Positions 13,255-25,164 of a stretch of DNA of 54,194 bases are shown here, piece by piece; positions within the stretch are counted from its first letter, which is position 1; every line of letters begins with the position of its first letter. The DNA lies in contig JAUCBJ010001195.1 of the NCBI GenBank assembly GCA_032718475.1, forward strand, positions 1 through 54,194, read 5' to 3'. Source of the stretch: Nemertoderma westbladi. Its lineage: Eukaryota; Animalia; Xenacoelomorpha. Below the pieces are notes generated by a model, which was not told the DNA's origin, made no database searches, and was given only the letters and a program-made list of their open reading frames with translations. The position numbers and the translations under genes were made by a program.

Positions 13255-13787
13255 TATAGACTTCGGGAACTAAAGACATCGGGAACTAAAGATTTCGGGA
13301 ACTAAAGATTTCGGGAACTAAAGATTTCGATAACTAAAGACTTCGGGAATAAAGAATTCGGGAAGTGAAGACTTCGGGAACTAAAAACTTCGGGAACTAA
13401 AGAATTCGGGAAGTGAAAATTTCGGGAACTAAAGATTTCGGGAACTAAAGATTTCGGGAACTAAAGACTTCGGGAACTAAAGACTTCGGGAACTAAAGAC
13501 TACGGGAACTAAAGACTTCGGGAACTAAAGACTTTGGGAAGTGAAGACTTTGGGAAGTGAATACATTGGGAACGAAAGACTTCGGGAACTAAAGACTTCG
13601 GGAACTAAAGACTTCGGGAACTAAAGACTTCGGGAACTAAAGACTACGGGAACTAAAGACTTCGGGAACTAAAGACTTTGGGAAGTGAATACATTGGGAA
13701 CGAAAGACTTCGGGAACTAAAGACTTCGGGAACTAAAGACTTCGGGAACTAAAGACTTCGGGAACTAAAGACCCGGAACTAAAGACT
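13255..13787. repeat. Continuation of the 16-bp satellite after the LINE tail
   Basis: Same unit and orientation as 6272-8166. Confidence 0.97.
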
Positions 13788-14514
13788 GTAAGAGCGGTTG
13801 CTCTGCACTTTGTGTATAAACAAGGGCACAATCTACTGTATGAGATTGGAATATCTTCCACTATAGATGGATTTCACCCAGTTTACACGGTTACGTCCCA
13901 TAAAGAATAACTATTTGTTTATTTGATTGGCAATTAGGAGCATATTTATTATACACAACATATAAGATAATAATATAGGATTATAAGCGATTAAGGGGTA
14001 GGAAATACCGAAATACAAGGAGATGAATGCAAAATAAGGAATATAATATAAACGGAAGGTATAGGAATACAAAAGTTTAAGTAATAATAGGGGTGACAGT
14101 GTGGTGGGCCTTGATTGGTTAATTAGTAATACGTGATTGTAGCGCAGTTAAGATACCTACCTATTTAGCTAAACAGGGGGGTGAAGGATACAGCTGTTTA
14201 TCTGTATAGAAGAAACCGCTGTAAGTGGGGCCAGCCAATAATGGTCGAATGAATGTGGTGGAGATGAGATATATTGGTTTGTGAAAATATGTTGGGAGAA
14301 TGGACGGTAAGGTAATAATAGATTATTTATTGTTTGAGAGCGACCCGCCACTATATATATATATTAAATAAATGTAAATAAATAAATAACCAAAACAAAA
14401 TTACCGCGACAAATCATTTACTCATAATAGTCATTTGTCCATATTATAACTAACTAATAAATTGGAAACTATACCTACTAGCTAATACATAGCCTCGTTT
14501 AACATTGCCCCATT

Positions 14515-14905
14515 GCTCATTAGTTAGTTTAACCGCTGTCCTAACCTTTGATCCTCAGATAGTTTAACCGCGGTCCTAACCTTTGTTCCTCAGTTAGTTT
14601 AACCGCGGTCCTAACCTTTTCTCATTAGTTAGTTTAACCGCTGTCATATCTTAACCTTTGTTCCACAGTTACTTTAATCAGTTAGTTTAACCGCTGTCCT
14701 AACCTTTTGTTCCTTAGATTGTTTAACCGGTGTCCTAACCTTTGTTCCACAGCCCTTTTAATTAGTTAGTTTAACCGGTGTTCTAACCTTTGTTCCACAT
14801 TTAGTTTAATCAGTTAGTATTATTATTATTATTATTATCGTACATAATCATCGTAAACGCTGTCCTAACCTTTGTTCCTCAGTTAGTTTAACCGCGGTCC
14901 TAACC
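14515..14905. repeat. ~35-bp minisatellite (AGTTAGTTTAACCGCGGTCCTAACCTTTGTTCCTC) between the duplicated blocks
   Basis: About ten degenerate units; absent after the second block. Confidence 0.9.
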
Positions 14906-14922
14906 TGTGGACCCTGTGGACC

Positions 14923-15392
14923 TTGTGGACCAGTTGGTGAACGAATGTATAATGATTCGGGATAATTCGGATAGGCCAATGGTTACAGTCGGTCGGAATA
15001 ATCGTCCAGTGCAACGTGGTTCGCCAGCGACAGGTGGTCGAACTGCGAGGGTGAAGTCAAAACCTATTTTTGGAAAGTTAACCGGTGTGGATCTAAAGCT
15101 TCGCGGTGCCGTTCGACAATCCTCAATATTCCTTACTCGCCTAGAACTCGGTACACCTACGGATGTAGTTATTGATTATGTCAAGACCAACTTCAATGTA
15201 GATTGTAAATGCGAAGTTATAAGGACCCGATTTGATTCTTACTCCTCTTTTAAGCTTACGTGTACTCAATCTGACACAGCTGTTCTGTTGGACGAATTAT
15301 CGTGTGATAAGTGGCCAGAGAATGCGTTAATTCGTGAGTGGATTGGATCCAATAGTCGTACAACCCGAGTCTCTGTCGCTTCTCTTAAGTAA
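14923..15392 (+). pseudogene. LINE ORF1 3' portion, copy 2 (5'-truncated)
   Basis: Matches the C-terminal ~155 aa of ORF1 at 8267-9397. Confidence 0.9.
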
Positions 15393-15428
15393 TCTTCATA
15401 TAGGGCCTACCTAATTAATTAACCATTT

Positions 15429-18400
15429 ATGAAGATAGCCACATATAATGCAAACTCTGTACGAACGTTATCCAGTGAACACGTGATCTCGACTTTAGCC
15501 AAATCCTGCGACATTATTCTCCTACAGGAGACTTTGTTACCTAAACAGGAACTCCATGTTCTAAAGCAGCTTCACCGGGATTTCTATGCTACGGGTTCTT
15601 CTCCTGTTGATTTCCAAAACGGCATCCTAACCAGTCGTCCTTTTGGGGGTCTGGGAGTTTTGTGGAGAATGACCCATGGTGCTGATTGTATTAAAGTTAT
15701 TGATGATTCTGATCCACGGATCATGGTCCTAAAGATTTCTCCCGCGAGTTCTTGGAAAGATTTTACACTTATTAATGTTTACTTACCATTTGAAACGTGT
15801 GAGAATCTTGATGATTATATGAATTACTTAGCAAAGTTAACCACTATAGTTGAAGCTATCAATCACTATGATATATGCATAGTGGGCGATTTAATTCGCA
15901 CCCCTCGAGGCGATTCATCGAGGAAATAACTCAATCGTGTTCGGATGTAGGCCTAACAATCCTGGATATATCCAGACTCCCAAGTGATACTTTCACTTTC
16001 GTCAGCTCTGCCAACAACTCAGTATCATGGTTAGATCACTGCGTATGTTTGTTCAGGGAGCATGTGCGATCGGGTGAACAACATTGTTGTTGAGTACTCA
16101 ACTACTTTCGACGATCATTTACCTATGATAATCGACATTGATACCTCAAGTTCAATAAATCCTCCCAACTCGAATGAGCAGGAAATACCGGCCCGCTCAA
16201 AGCTGCCTCGCTGGAATAAGGCGACAGATTACCATCTCTCCGGGTACCAGTCTTATACGGGCCTCCTACTCGGGGACTGCGCTATCCCACACGATGCACT
16301 ATCGTGTCAGGACCCTCAATGTGATATCGAGTCACACTGTGCCGATCTGGCAGAATTTGGAGCTCATTGGAACATGCTGCTTCTAGTGTTGGTCTTTTTA
16401 TTAACTCCAGAAAGACCAAAATTTTGACAGTTAACTTTGATAGTCCTCAGCAAGTCTCTGATCAGATGAGCATAAGCTCAAAGGATGGTATGCTTGAGCA
16501 TGTGGACGACTTCTGTTACCTGGGATCATGGATCCGGAAGTCAGGTGAGGACCTTCGAATACATAAGGGAAAGGCATGGGCAGCTTTGAATAGGCTTTCC
16601 AGGATTTGGAAGTCACCGAGAATTAATCGGAAACTTAAGGTCCGATTATTTAGAGCAGCAGTAGTTCCAGTACTCCTCTACGGGAGTTCATGCTGGGCTC
16701 TAACTGCTGAGGACACCAAATCTCTGGATGGCACATTCACAAGAATGCTACGCCGGGTTCATTGTGTCAAGTACAATGCACATATCTCCAACCAGACACT
16801 ATATAACATTGGAGGTGTCTCATTGGTTCCCCCAAGCTTGACACTAGAACAAAATCGCCTCCGCTTTGCAGGACATTGCTTTCGCCGTGAGGACCAGCCA
16901 GTGCATAATCTTGTACTTTGGCAGCCTCATGGAGTGAATAAGCATGGTGGACAGCCCATGACTTTCTTGAGACGCATCTTAAAGGACACTGGCCTTGAAG
17001 ATGCGGATGATCTAGCAAATGTCATGGGTGAAAGGGAGTTGTGGTGGTGCAATTTTGTTGACAAGCCGGCACTGCATTCTTATAAATGCAGCTGCAATGC
17101 AGCATGCCGATCCTAGTAGTAGGCAGAATTTTACTCCCGTATAAGGTCATCACTTCTCACAGCTGCAACAACCCATATCCCATTTACAGAGGGTTCCTCC
17201 GACGTGCGAATTGACTCACACAACATCCCTGGTTGGAGTGACGAGGTCGAAAAACTGCACCGAATTGCACGAGAGTCATTTCTCTGTTGGTGCTCACTTG
17301 GGAGCCCCCGGGAGGGTCCCCAGTTTCGCCTCATGAGTATATCTAGGGCGCAATTTATACGGCGCCTACGATCGATCAAGCGTAACTCGGATAAGATAAA
17401 AGCGGACTGGATCACAAGACAAGGACTGTTATAAGTTCTGGTCTAACGTGCGTCACATTAACAATCAGCAGGTACCTCTTCCACCTACTGTAGATGGTGT
17501 CTCCGGTGCTTCGGACATAGCTGATATGTGGGGAGTTCATTATGAAGGGGTTTCCAACATGTTCCCGGAGGAGGAGGACTCGCAAGAGGAGGAACCCAAA
17601 CCAACATACAAAGACGTGTTTGAACACATTGATTACTCCGCCGACATGATATTCTCCTCCACCGAGTTAACTGAAGCCCTAGCTAAGTTGGAGCGCAATA
17701 AAGCTGTCGGACCGGATAATCTAACTGCGGAGCATCTAAAATTCGCCAGTGGCCGTATCATTGTCTGCCTATCCTTATTGCTCAGTGCGTGTAATGTACA
17801 TGGGGTTCTCCCAAAGGATCTTATAACGTCAGTTATTTACCCTATAATATAGGATAAATGTGGCGATACTAAGGATAAGTCCATATTGCCGTTAGCAATA
17901 TAATATGTAAACTTTTCGAGCACTTAATTTTAACGCGAATATTTAACTTTTTGTCAACAACAGCCAATCAGTTTGGTTTCAAAAAAGGATGTGGTACTGA
18001 GCTCTGTGCTTACACCATTAAGGAAATTATTAACTATTATTTGAATCATGGTAATAATGTTTATGTATGTTTTCTGGACGCATCTAAAGCATTCGATTGT
18101 GTACAGCATAGTATATTATTTACGAAATTAGTTAAGAGTAAAGTACCAGTTTTTATTATTCGAATTTTATCCTATATGTACGCTCAGCAGTCAATGTTTG
18201 TCAGATGGGGGGGATATACCTCCCCCAGTTTTAATTGCACTAATGGTGTTAAACAGGGCAGCCCGATTTCACCTCTTTTATTTAACTTTTTTATTGATAA
18301 CCTAAGTAAAGATTTAACTTCATCCGAGTTAGGTTGTACACTAAATAGCTCAGTTATTAATCACTTGATATACGCTGATGATATTTGCCTCATAACAGTA

Positions 18401-18961
18401 AACCCACATTCGTTACAGTCTCTTGTTAATATTTGTGTAAACTTTGCTAAGGATAATAGCATGACCTTCAACGCAAATAAATCTAAATGTATGTTTTTTC
18501 GTAGTAAATTAAGGAAAGGTACATTTGGCCCGCCGTCCATTAACATAGATTGTAAACAGTTGAGTAATGTTGAATGTTTTAAATACTTAGGGCATATTAT
18601 TTCCAGCGATTTTTCTGACGACTGTGATATATTGGCACAAACTAGACTTTTTTATGCTAGAGCCAATTCCTTGATTAGACGCTTCCGTAACTGTTCTGAT
18701 AAAGTTAAGAAAGTACTGTTTAACAGTTACTGTTCGTCAATCTATTGTTGTGCGTTGTGGTCTGACGTATATTTTTTACAGTCAAGGTTTAACGAACTTC
18801 ACACTGCCATTAATAAATCTGTCCGGTCGTTATTTAATATTAAATTATACAATAAGGAGACCGACGAGATTAATAGTGCGAGTCAAATGTTGGTAAATTT
18901 TAATATCCGCTCTCTTAAAGAGATTTTTAGAATATCACTTTTAGTTTGCATATTCGTGTAA
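15429..18961 (+). pseudogene. LINE ORF2, copy 2, disrupted
   Basis: Same motifs; own lesions (1-bp deletion ~15890, 4-bp insertion ~16048) plus lesions shared with copy 1 (RTE insertion, stop at 17850). Confidence 0.93.
16359..17121 (+). mobile_element. Duplicated copy of the nested 5'-truncated RTE
   Basis: Same junctions and TSD GGCAGAATTT as 10361-11123. Confidence 0.95.
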
Positions 18962-19221
18962 ATTTGTCATCTAATTATGTTTTAATATGTGTACGTAACA
19001 CTTGCCGACCATTGTCTACAATGTACGATACTTTTAAGCGGTGGTGTTACTCACGTGCAACTTGACGCTTTTTATTTCACCTATGTTTCATTTTTTAGAC
19101 CCATTTTACTTATTGTGCAGAAATTTCCTACCATTAGTGTTTTTATAGATATGGCACTGATATTTAATGTATATAATATGAATATTTGATGCTGAAATAA
19201 ATTAAATAATAATAATAATAA

Positions 19222-19850
19222 TATAGACTTCGGGAACTAAAGACATCGGGAACTAAAGATTTCGGGAACTAAAGATTTCGGGAACTAAAGATTTCGATAA
19301 CTAAAGACTTCGGGAATAAAGAATTCGGGAAGTGAAGACTTCGGGAACTAAAAACTTCGGGAACTAAAGAATTCGGGAAGTGAAAATTTCGGGAACTAAA
19401 GATTTCGGGAACTAAAGATTTCGGGAACTAAAGACTACGGGAACTAAAGACTTCGGGAACTAAAGACTTTGGGAAGTGAATACATTGGGAACGAAAGACT
19501 TCGGGAACTAAAGAATTCGGGAAGTGAAAATTTCGGGAACTAAAGATTTCGGGAACTAAAGATTTCGGGAACTAAAGACTACGGGAACTAAAGACTTCGG
19601 GAACTAAAGACTTTGGGAAGTGAATACATTGGGAACGAAAGACTTCGGGAACTAAAGACTACGGGAACTAAAGACTTCGGGAACTAAAGACTTCGGGAAC
19701 TAAAGACTACGGGAACTAAAGACTTCGGGAACTAAAGACTTTGGGAAGTGAATACATTGGGAACGAAAGACTTCGGGAACTAAAGACTTCGGGAACTAAA
19801 GACTTCGGGAACTAAAGACTTCGGGAACTAAAGACCCGGAACTAAAGACT
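19222..19850. repeat. 16-bp satellite block, copy 2 (about 100 bp longer than copy 1)
   Basis: Same unit; extra internal units relative to 13255-13787. Confidence 0.97.
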
Positions 19851-20820
19851 GTAAGAGCGGTTGCTCTGCACTTGTGTATAAACAAGGGCACAATCTACTG
19901 TATGAGATTGGAATATCTTCCACTATAGATGGATTTCACCCAGTTTACACGGTTACGTCCCATAAAGTAGAACTATTTGTTTAATTGATTGGCAATTAGG
20001 AGCATATTTATTATAGACAATATATAAGATAATAATACAGGATTATAAGCGATTAAGGGGTAGGAAATACCGAAATACAAGGAGATGAATGCAAAATAAG
20101 GAATATAATATAAACGGAAGGTATAGGAATACTAAAGTTTAAGTAATAATAGGGGTGACAGTGTGGTGGGCCTTGATTGCTTAATGAGTAATACGTGATT
20201 GTAGCGCAGTTAAGATACCTACCTATTTAGCTAATCAGGGGTGAAGGATACAGCTGTTTATCTGTATAGAAGAAACCGCTGTAAGTGGGGCCAGCCAATA
20301 ATGGTCGAATGAATGTGGTGGAGATGAGATATATTAGTTTGTGAAAATATGTCGGGAGAATGGACGGTAAGGATAATAATAGATTATTTATTGTTTGAGA
20401 GCGACCCGACACTATATATATATATATTAAATAAATGTAAATAAATAAATAACCAAAACAAAATTACCGCGACAAATCATTTACTCATAATAGTCATCTG
20501 TCCATATTATAACTAACTAATAAATTGGAAACTATACCTACTAGCTAATATGTCGTTTTACTACAATTTATCTCACAACAACAAGGGGTTATATAAAACA
20601 ATAAATTATCACACTCCCGTATAAAAATACATAAATAGCACAGACACAATATTTTATCATAATTCCAAGGCACTGAAAATTTCAGTACATATACCACAAA
20701 CGATCTTTGGGTCACATGCAAAAAATTCATTTAGTTTATCCTAAACCATGCTTCTATATCTCTACCTGACGCCTAGAGTAATCTTACAATCTCTTAATCT
20801 ATGTACAGTAGTTCATTCTA

Positions 20821-20878
20821 TAAAGACTTCAGGAACTAAAGACTTCGGGAACTAAATTATCCGGGAATTAACGACCCC
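20821..20878. repeat. Three to four isolated 16-bp satellite units ending in GACCCC
   Basis: taaagacttcaggaactaaagacttcgggaactaaattatccgggaattaacgacccc. Confidence 0.8.
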
Positions 20879-22046
20879 AATCTGTTTGTCTTGTGATAAA
20901 GTCTCTCATAAAGGAAAACATACAGTTTATCGCCATTCAAATACACAATTTATTTCGTAACCGACTGGACTAAAGTCAATATCACCTTCGGTTGGGTCTA
21001 TTTATTGTTTAATTACTATCCGAGAGGCCAAGGGTTTGTTTGCGAGTTCAGTCCGAGGGTAGGTGAACCGTTATCCTCAACTGCTAAGGGGAATAGCTAA
21101 TTAGTTATGAATTTATCTAATTATTGCAAAATCATTGTCGCCGTTTGTTGTTTCAATAAATAAACGATATTCAATATTTACTGTATGCATTCATTCTTGC
21201 ATCGTAATGATTAACGTTATAAATTAGCTCGTTATACATAACGCATAAACTCTCCAAGTTTACTCAAGAAGGATACGAGATCTGTAATATTTAAAGTCGC
21301 ATCATAGATATTCGCATGTCATTCATTATAAAAAAAACAGTAATGCGATTTATTTTTATTAATTCCTTTTAATTAATATTATATTATAAGTAATTGAATA
21401 AGTGTACCATATAGGCATACATCACAATATTAATGCAAGTCATGTGTTTTTTGGTGTAAACAATTGTATTCTTAAATTGTTACTTTTTCGATCGAATAGT
21501 TAAGCGGCTCTCTAGTTACGTAATAAATATTCGAGAACACTAAATTATTGTAACATTGAGTAATGCAGCATCAGGAGTTGAAGAGAAGAATGATTTGAAT
21601 CGCAATAACAATCGATGCAATATAGTCAAATACTAAAGTTCAATTAATTTAGTAACACTACTGTATATCGCTCTATGTTCTATTAAAGAATTGAGCAACT
21701 AAAAAGTATCAATTTAAGAAGAAAATTACTTATTACATGAAAAAAACGTAGTTAACATATTTCTTTTCAATATTCTCTCGACACTTTATTGACCTGACTG
21801 GCGCTCGGTAAATAAAATACCTCGAGAATAGTGAAAATACAGTTCTACTTTTTTCCTTTGAAATAAATAAATCAATGCTACATTTCAATCCTAATTATCT
21901 TTCTGATACTGTATATCTTTAATTACAAGTTTAGGCTTATTTAACTACAGACTATTTAACTACAGACTACAATAAATTATTTCATATTACAACGAGCCTC
22001 ACTAAACATCATTGACTTAAAAAAAAACTTCGACTCATTTACAACA

Positions 22047-22163
22047 ATGCTTTCCTATACATTTGCCGTGTTTATGGTATTTGCCTTGATAGACACGGTA
22101 AGGCCTACGTCTAATGTCATCTTACGTTTCCATGGAGATATGCAAAACGCAATAAACGACCAG
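22047..22163 (+). CDS. Ferritin exon 1 with predicted signal peptide
   Basis: MLSYTFAVFMVFALIDTVRPTSNVILRFHGDMQNAINDQ; the end matches ferritin NYHxxxEAAINxQ; phase-0 donor CAG|GTATGT. Confidence 0.88.
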
Positions 22164-22680
22164 GTATGTTGTATATGTGTGTGTAGGCTCACTGTGTTCG
22201 TATGTTGTGTGTGTGTGTAGGCTTACTGTGTTCGTATGTTGTGTATATATGTGTAGGCTTACTGTGTTCGTATGTTGTATATATGTGTGTGTAAGCTTAG
22301 GCCTACTGTGTGTGTTTAGGCATACTGTGTGTGTGTAGGCTTACTGTGTTCGTATGTTGTGTATATCTGTGTAGGCTTACTGTGTTCGTATGTTGTATAT
22401 ATGTGTGTGTAAGCTTAGGCCTACTGTGTGTGTTTAGGCATACTGTGTGTGTGTAGGCTTACTGTGTTCGTATGTTGTGTATAGTTGTGTAGGCTTACTG
22501 TGTTTGTATGTTGTTTGTGTATATGACGTGTATGTAGGCTTACTGTGTTCGTATGTTGTGTATATATGTGTGTAGGCTTACTGTGTTCGTATGTTGTGTA
22601 TACGTGTGTAGGCTTACTGTGTAGACTTACTGTGTTCTTGGGGAGTTTATATATGCTGGTAGGCTTACTGCGTTCGAATT
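22164..22680. repeat. TG-rich ~35-bp minisatellite (GTATGTTGTGTATATGTGTAGGCTTACTGTGTTC) starting at the intron-1 donor
   Basis: Tandem units with variable (TG/TA) spacers. Confidence 0.92.
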
Positions 22681-22877
22681 AACTATCATTGTCTTTTGTG
22701 TTAGAAGTGGCTACTGACCGGACCCGTTGACCGGACCATCTCAATACCATATTGAAGCTTTATATTTGATTTATTGATGATTATTTGATTATTTATTTAT
22801 TTTTACCCCAACACGCCCATGTAACCTGCTCCTTTACTAACCTGCTCCTTTAAATGGCAAAGGGACCGGTTTATGGT

Positions 22878-23307
22878 CAGAGGCGCAGCGAGCCCTTATG
22901 GCGCCCGGAGGAATGAAGCTGAGATAGCGCCTCCCACCCCCCCCCCCCCCCCCCCCCATTCAATAATTTTAACTTTTCATTTATGACGGTTTTTTGTAAT
23001 ATTATATATATATAACAAACAGTATACACTATAATATCAAATCCTGAAATATATTATATACAAGTTTGATATAGTGCAATTATAATACATTGAATGGCGA
23101 GCGAAGCGAGCCGAGAACATTTTTACATTTTTCGCTTATGACACATGTCCTGTATGTATGTATACTGTATCACAATCCCTGAATTTTTAATGATTTGTCC
23201 TATTTTTACAAGAATACCCTGACATTTGCCTGTCATTTCAGCGCCCCTGGGTGAGTGCGCCCGGGGGAACATTCCCCCCCCCTCGCTACGCCTCGCTACG
23301 GCTCCTG
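22878..23307. mobile_element. MITE-like element in ferritin intron 1
   Basis: Imperfect terminal inverted repeats CAGAGGCGCAGCGAG ... CTCGCTACGGCTCCTG, subterminal GCGCCC motifs and poly-C tract; no clear TSD. Confidence 0.65.
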
Positions 23308-23417
23308 TCAGTAGCCTATACCTTTTGTGTTACTTGTTTCAATTGGCGCTTTTTTGTTTCTTTACAGCAAACCTTTATATTATCATTCGACCTCATTATT
23401 TATTGGCAAACTGTACA

Positions 23418-24177
23418 ATTTTGTTTATTTCCTTAGATTAACAGAGAGAGCTTCACGCCTGTTACACATACATGTCAATGTCGGCCTATTTTGTTTATTT
23501 CCTTAGATTAACAGAGAGCTTCACGCCTGTTACACATACATGTCAATGTCGGCCTATTTTGTTTATTTCCTTAGATTAACAGAGAGCTTCACGCCTGTTA
23601 CACATACATGTCAATGTCGGCCTATTTTGTTTATTTCCTTAGATTAACAGAGAGCTTCACGCCTGTTACACATACATGTCAATGTCGGCCTATTTTGTTT
23701 ATTTCCTTAGATTAACAGAGAGCTTCACGCCTGTTACACATACATGTCAATGTCGGCCTATTTTGTTTATTTCCTTAGATTAACAGAGAGCTTCACGCCT
23801 GTTACACATACATGTCAATGTCGGCCTATTTTGTTTATTTCCTTAGATTAACAGAGAGCTTCACGCCTGTTACACATACATGTCAATGTCGGCCTATTTT
23901 GTTTATTTCCTTAGATTAACAGAGAGTTTCACGCCTGTTACACATACATGTCAATGTCGGCCTATTTTCTTTATTTCCTTAGATTAACAGAGAGAGCTTC
24001 ACGCCTGTTACACATACATGTCTAATGTCGGCCTATTTTGTTTATTTCCTTAGATTAACAGAGAGCTTCACGCCTGTTACACATACATGTCTAATGTCGG
24101 CCTATTTTGTTTATTTCCTTAGATTAACAGAGAGCTTCACGCCTGTTACACATACATGTCAATGTCGGCCTATTTTG
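23418..24177 (+). repeat. 11-copy 68-bp tandem repeat made of the ferritin intron-1 acceptor plus the start of exon 2
   Basis: Unit TTTTGTTTATTTCCTTAG|ATTAACAGAGAGCTTCACGCCTGTTACACATACATGTCAATGTCGGCCTA; exon-start positions 23437, 23507, 23575, 23643, 23711, 23779, 23847, 23915, 23983, 24054, 24123. Confidence 0.97.
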
Positions 24178-24257
24178 ACAGGGATGATGTGGCATTCCCT
24201 GTCATTGCAGAACATTTCAGGGACATGAGTCTGGAAGAATTTGAACACGCTAAAAAG
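24123..24257 (+). CDS. Ferritin exon 2 (using the last acceptor)
   Basis: INRELHACYTYMSMSAYFDRDDVAFPVIAEHFRDMSLEEFEHAKK (ferritin YFDRDDVA and EExEHA motifs); donor AAG|GTTAGT; 135 nt, phase 0-0. Confidence 0.93.
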
Positions 24258-25164
24258 GTTAGTTCGTTGGTTATCATCTGTGAGTTGAGTGGATTTATTC
24301 AAATTAATATAAACTAATTTAAAATGTTATGGATATATATATAATTTATTGACGACTTGGATTATATAAACAGTATCAATAATTAAATACTCATCACAAA
24401 ATAAACCGAGGTTGTCCATATTTAAACAATTAGAAAATAATCACGAAATCACATACTAAAACTATATTCTAGAATATAGTTTTAGGAGCAGGAAAAGGAG
24501 CAGGTTACAGTGGCAGTGTCTTCTATCCAAAAACTAAATAAGGAAGTAGATAACGACCAATTTGCGCCATTATTTGATCTCGTATATAGGCCTGGGCGCA
24601 CTCTATATTGACCGATGTAGGATGTGATCTCTTTTAACTACAATTTATTTCTTAAAGGTGATCGCTTTATCAAGATACAAATTTGATCGGATGGCTTTAT
24701 TATTAGGGATCGTTTAGGACAAATCCGTCTTCCATTGAATTTGAATAAATAATCAATGAAAGAAGATCTGAATTAGGCTGGTCGCTTTGGGTTCTTTCAT
24801 TGATTTCAGTAATACTTTTTCCTCGGCATAATTTCAAATTAGTAATCAGATGTTTTCGCGTAAGATTTTGGCTAGAACCGGTATTATTTTTTGTTAATCG
24901 CCAAATTTTAATATGTTATACTTCGGATGATCCGTGTTCGCATACATTCTGTTTTTTTTTAAATCAAATCAAATCAATTTTTTTTTAATTTTCTCAACAT
25001 AACATACTGCACAATACAAACGTGCAGTTTATTATATGTAAATATGATAATTATAAATGTAAATAATTTAATCGATTAACAGCATCTCCTTTCATGTTTT
25101 TAAAGGATCAACTTCCCTTTATTAAAATAAATCTACAATTGATATAAATCCTATATAATTCCAG

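Larger units (their letters stand above)
14923..20550 (+). repeat. ~5.6-kb direct duplication of 8928-14487 (3' LINE portion, nested RTE, satellite, ~700 bp unique flank)
   Basis: Near-identity starts at TTGTGGACCAG (8928/14923) and ends at CTAGCTAATA (14487/20550). Confidence 0.96.

Noticed and set aside
14923-20550. Second LINE as an independent insertion or 3' transduction
   Set aside because: Shares the nested RTE, lesions and flank with copy 1, and has no new tail or TSD at 20550.
20930-21110. Possible Crypton-associated non-autonomous element
   Set aside because: Only a vague motif resemblance; termini could not be defined.
21900-22046. Iron-responsive element upstream of ferritin
   Set aside because: No CAGTGN loop found; an upstream non-coding exon cannot be excluded.
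23418-24177. CRISPR-like appearance of this and the other regular arrays
   Set aside because: Head-to-tail repeats with no unique spacers, no cas genes, eukaryotic context.
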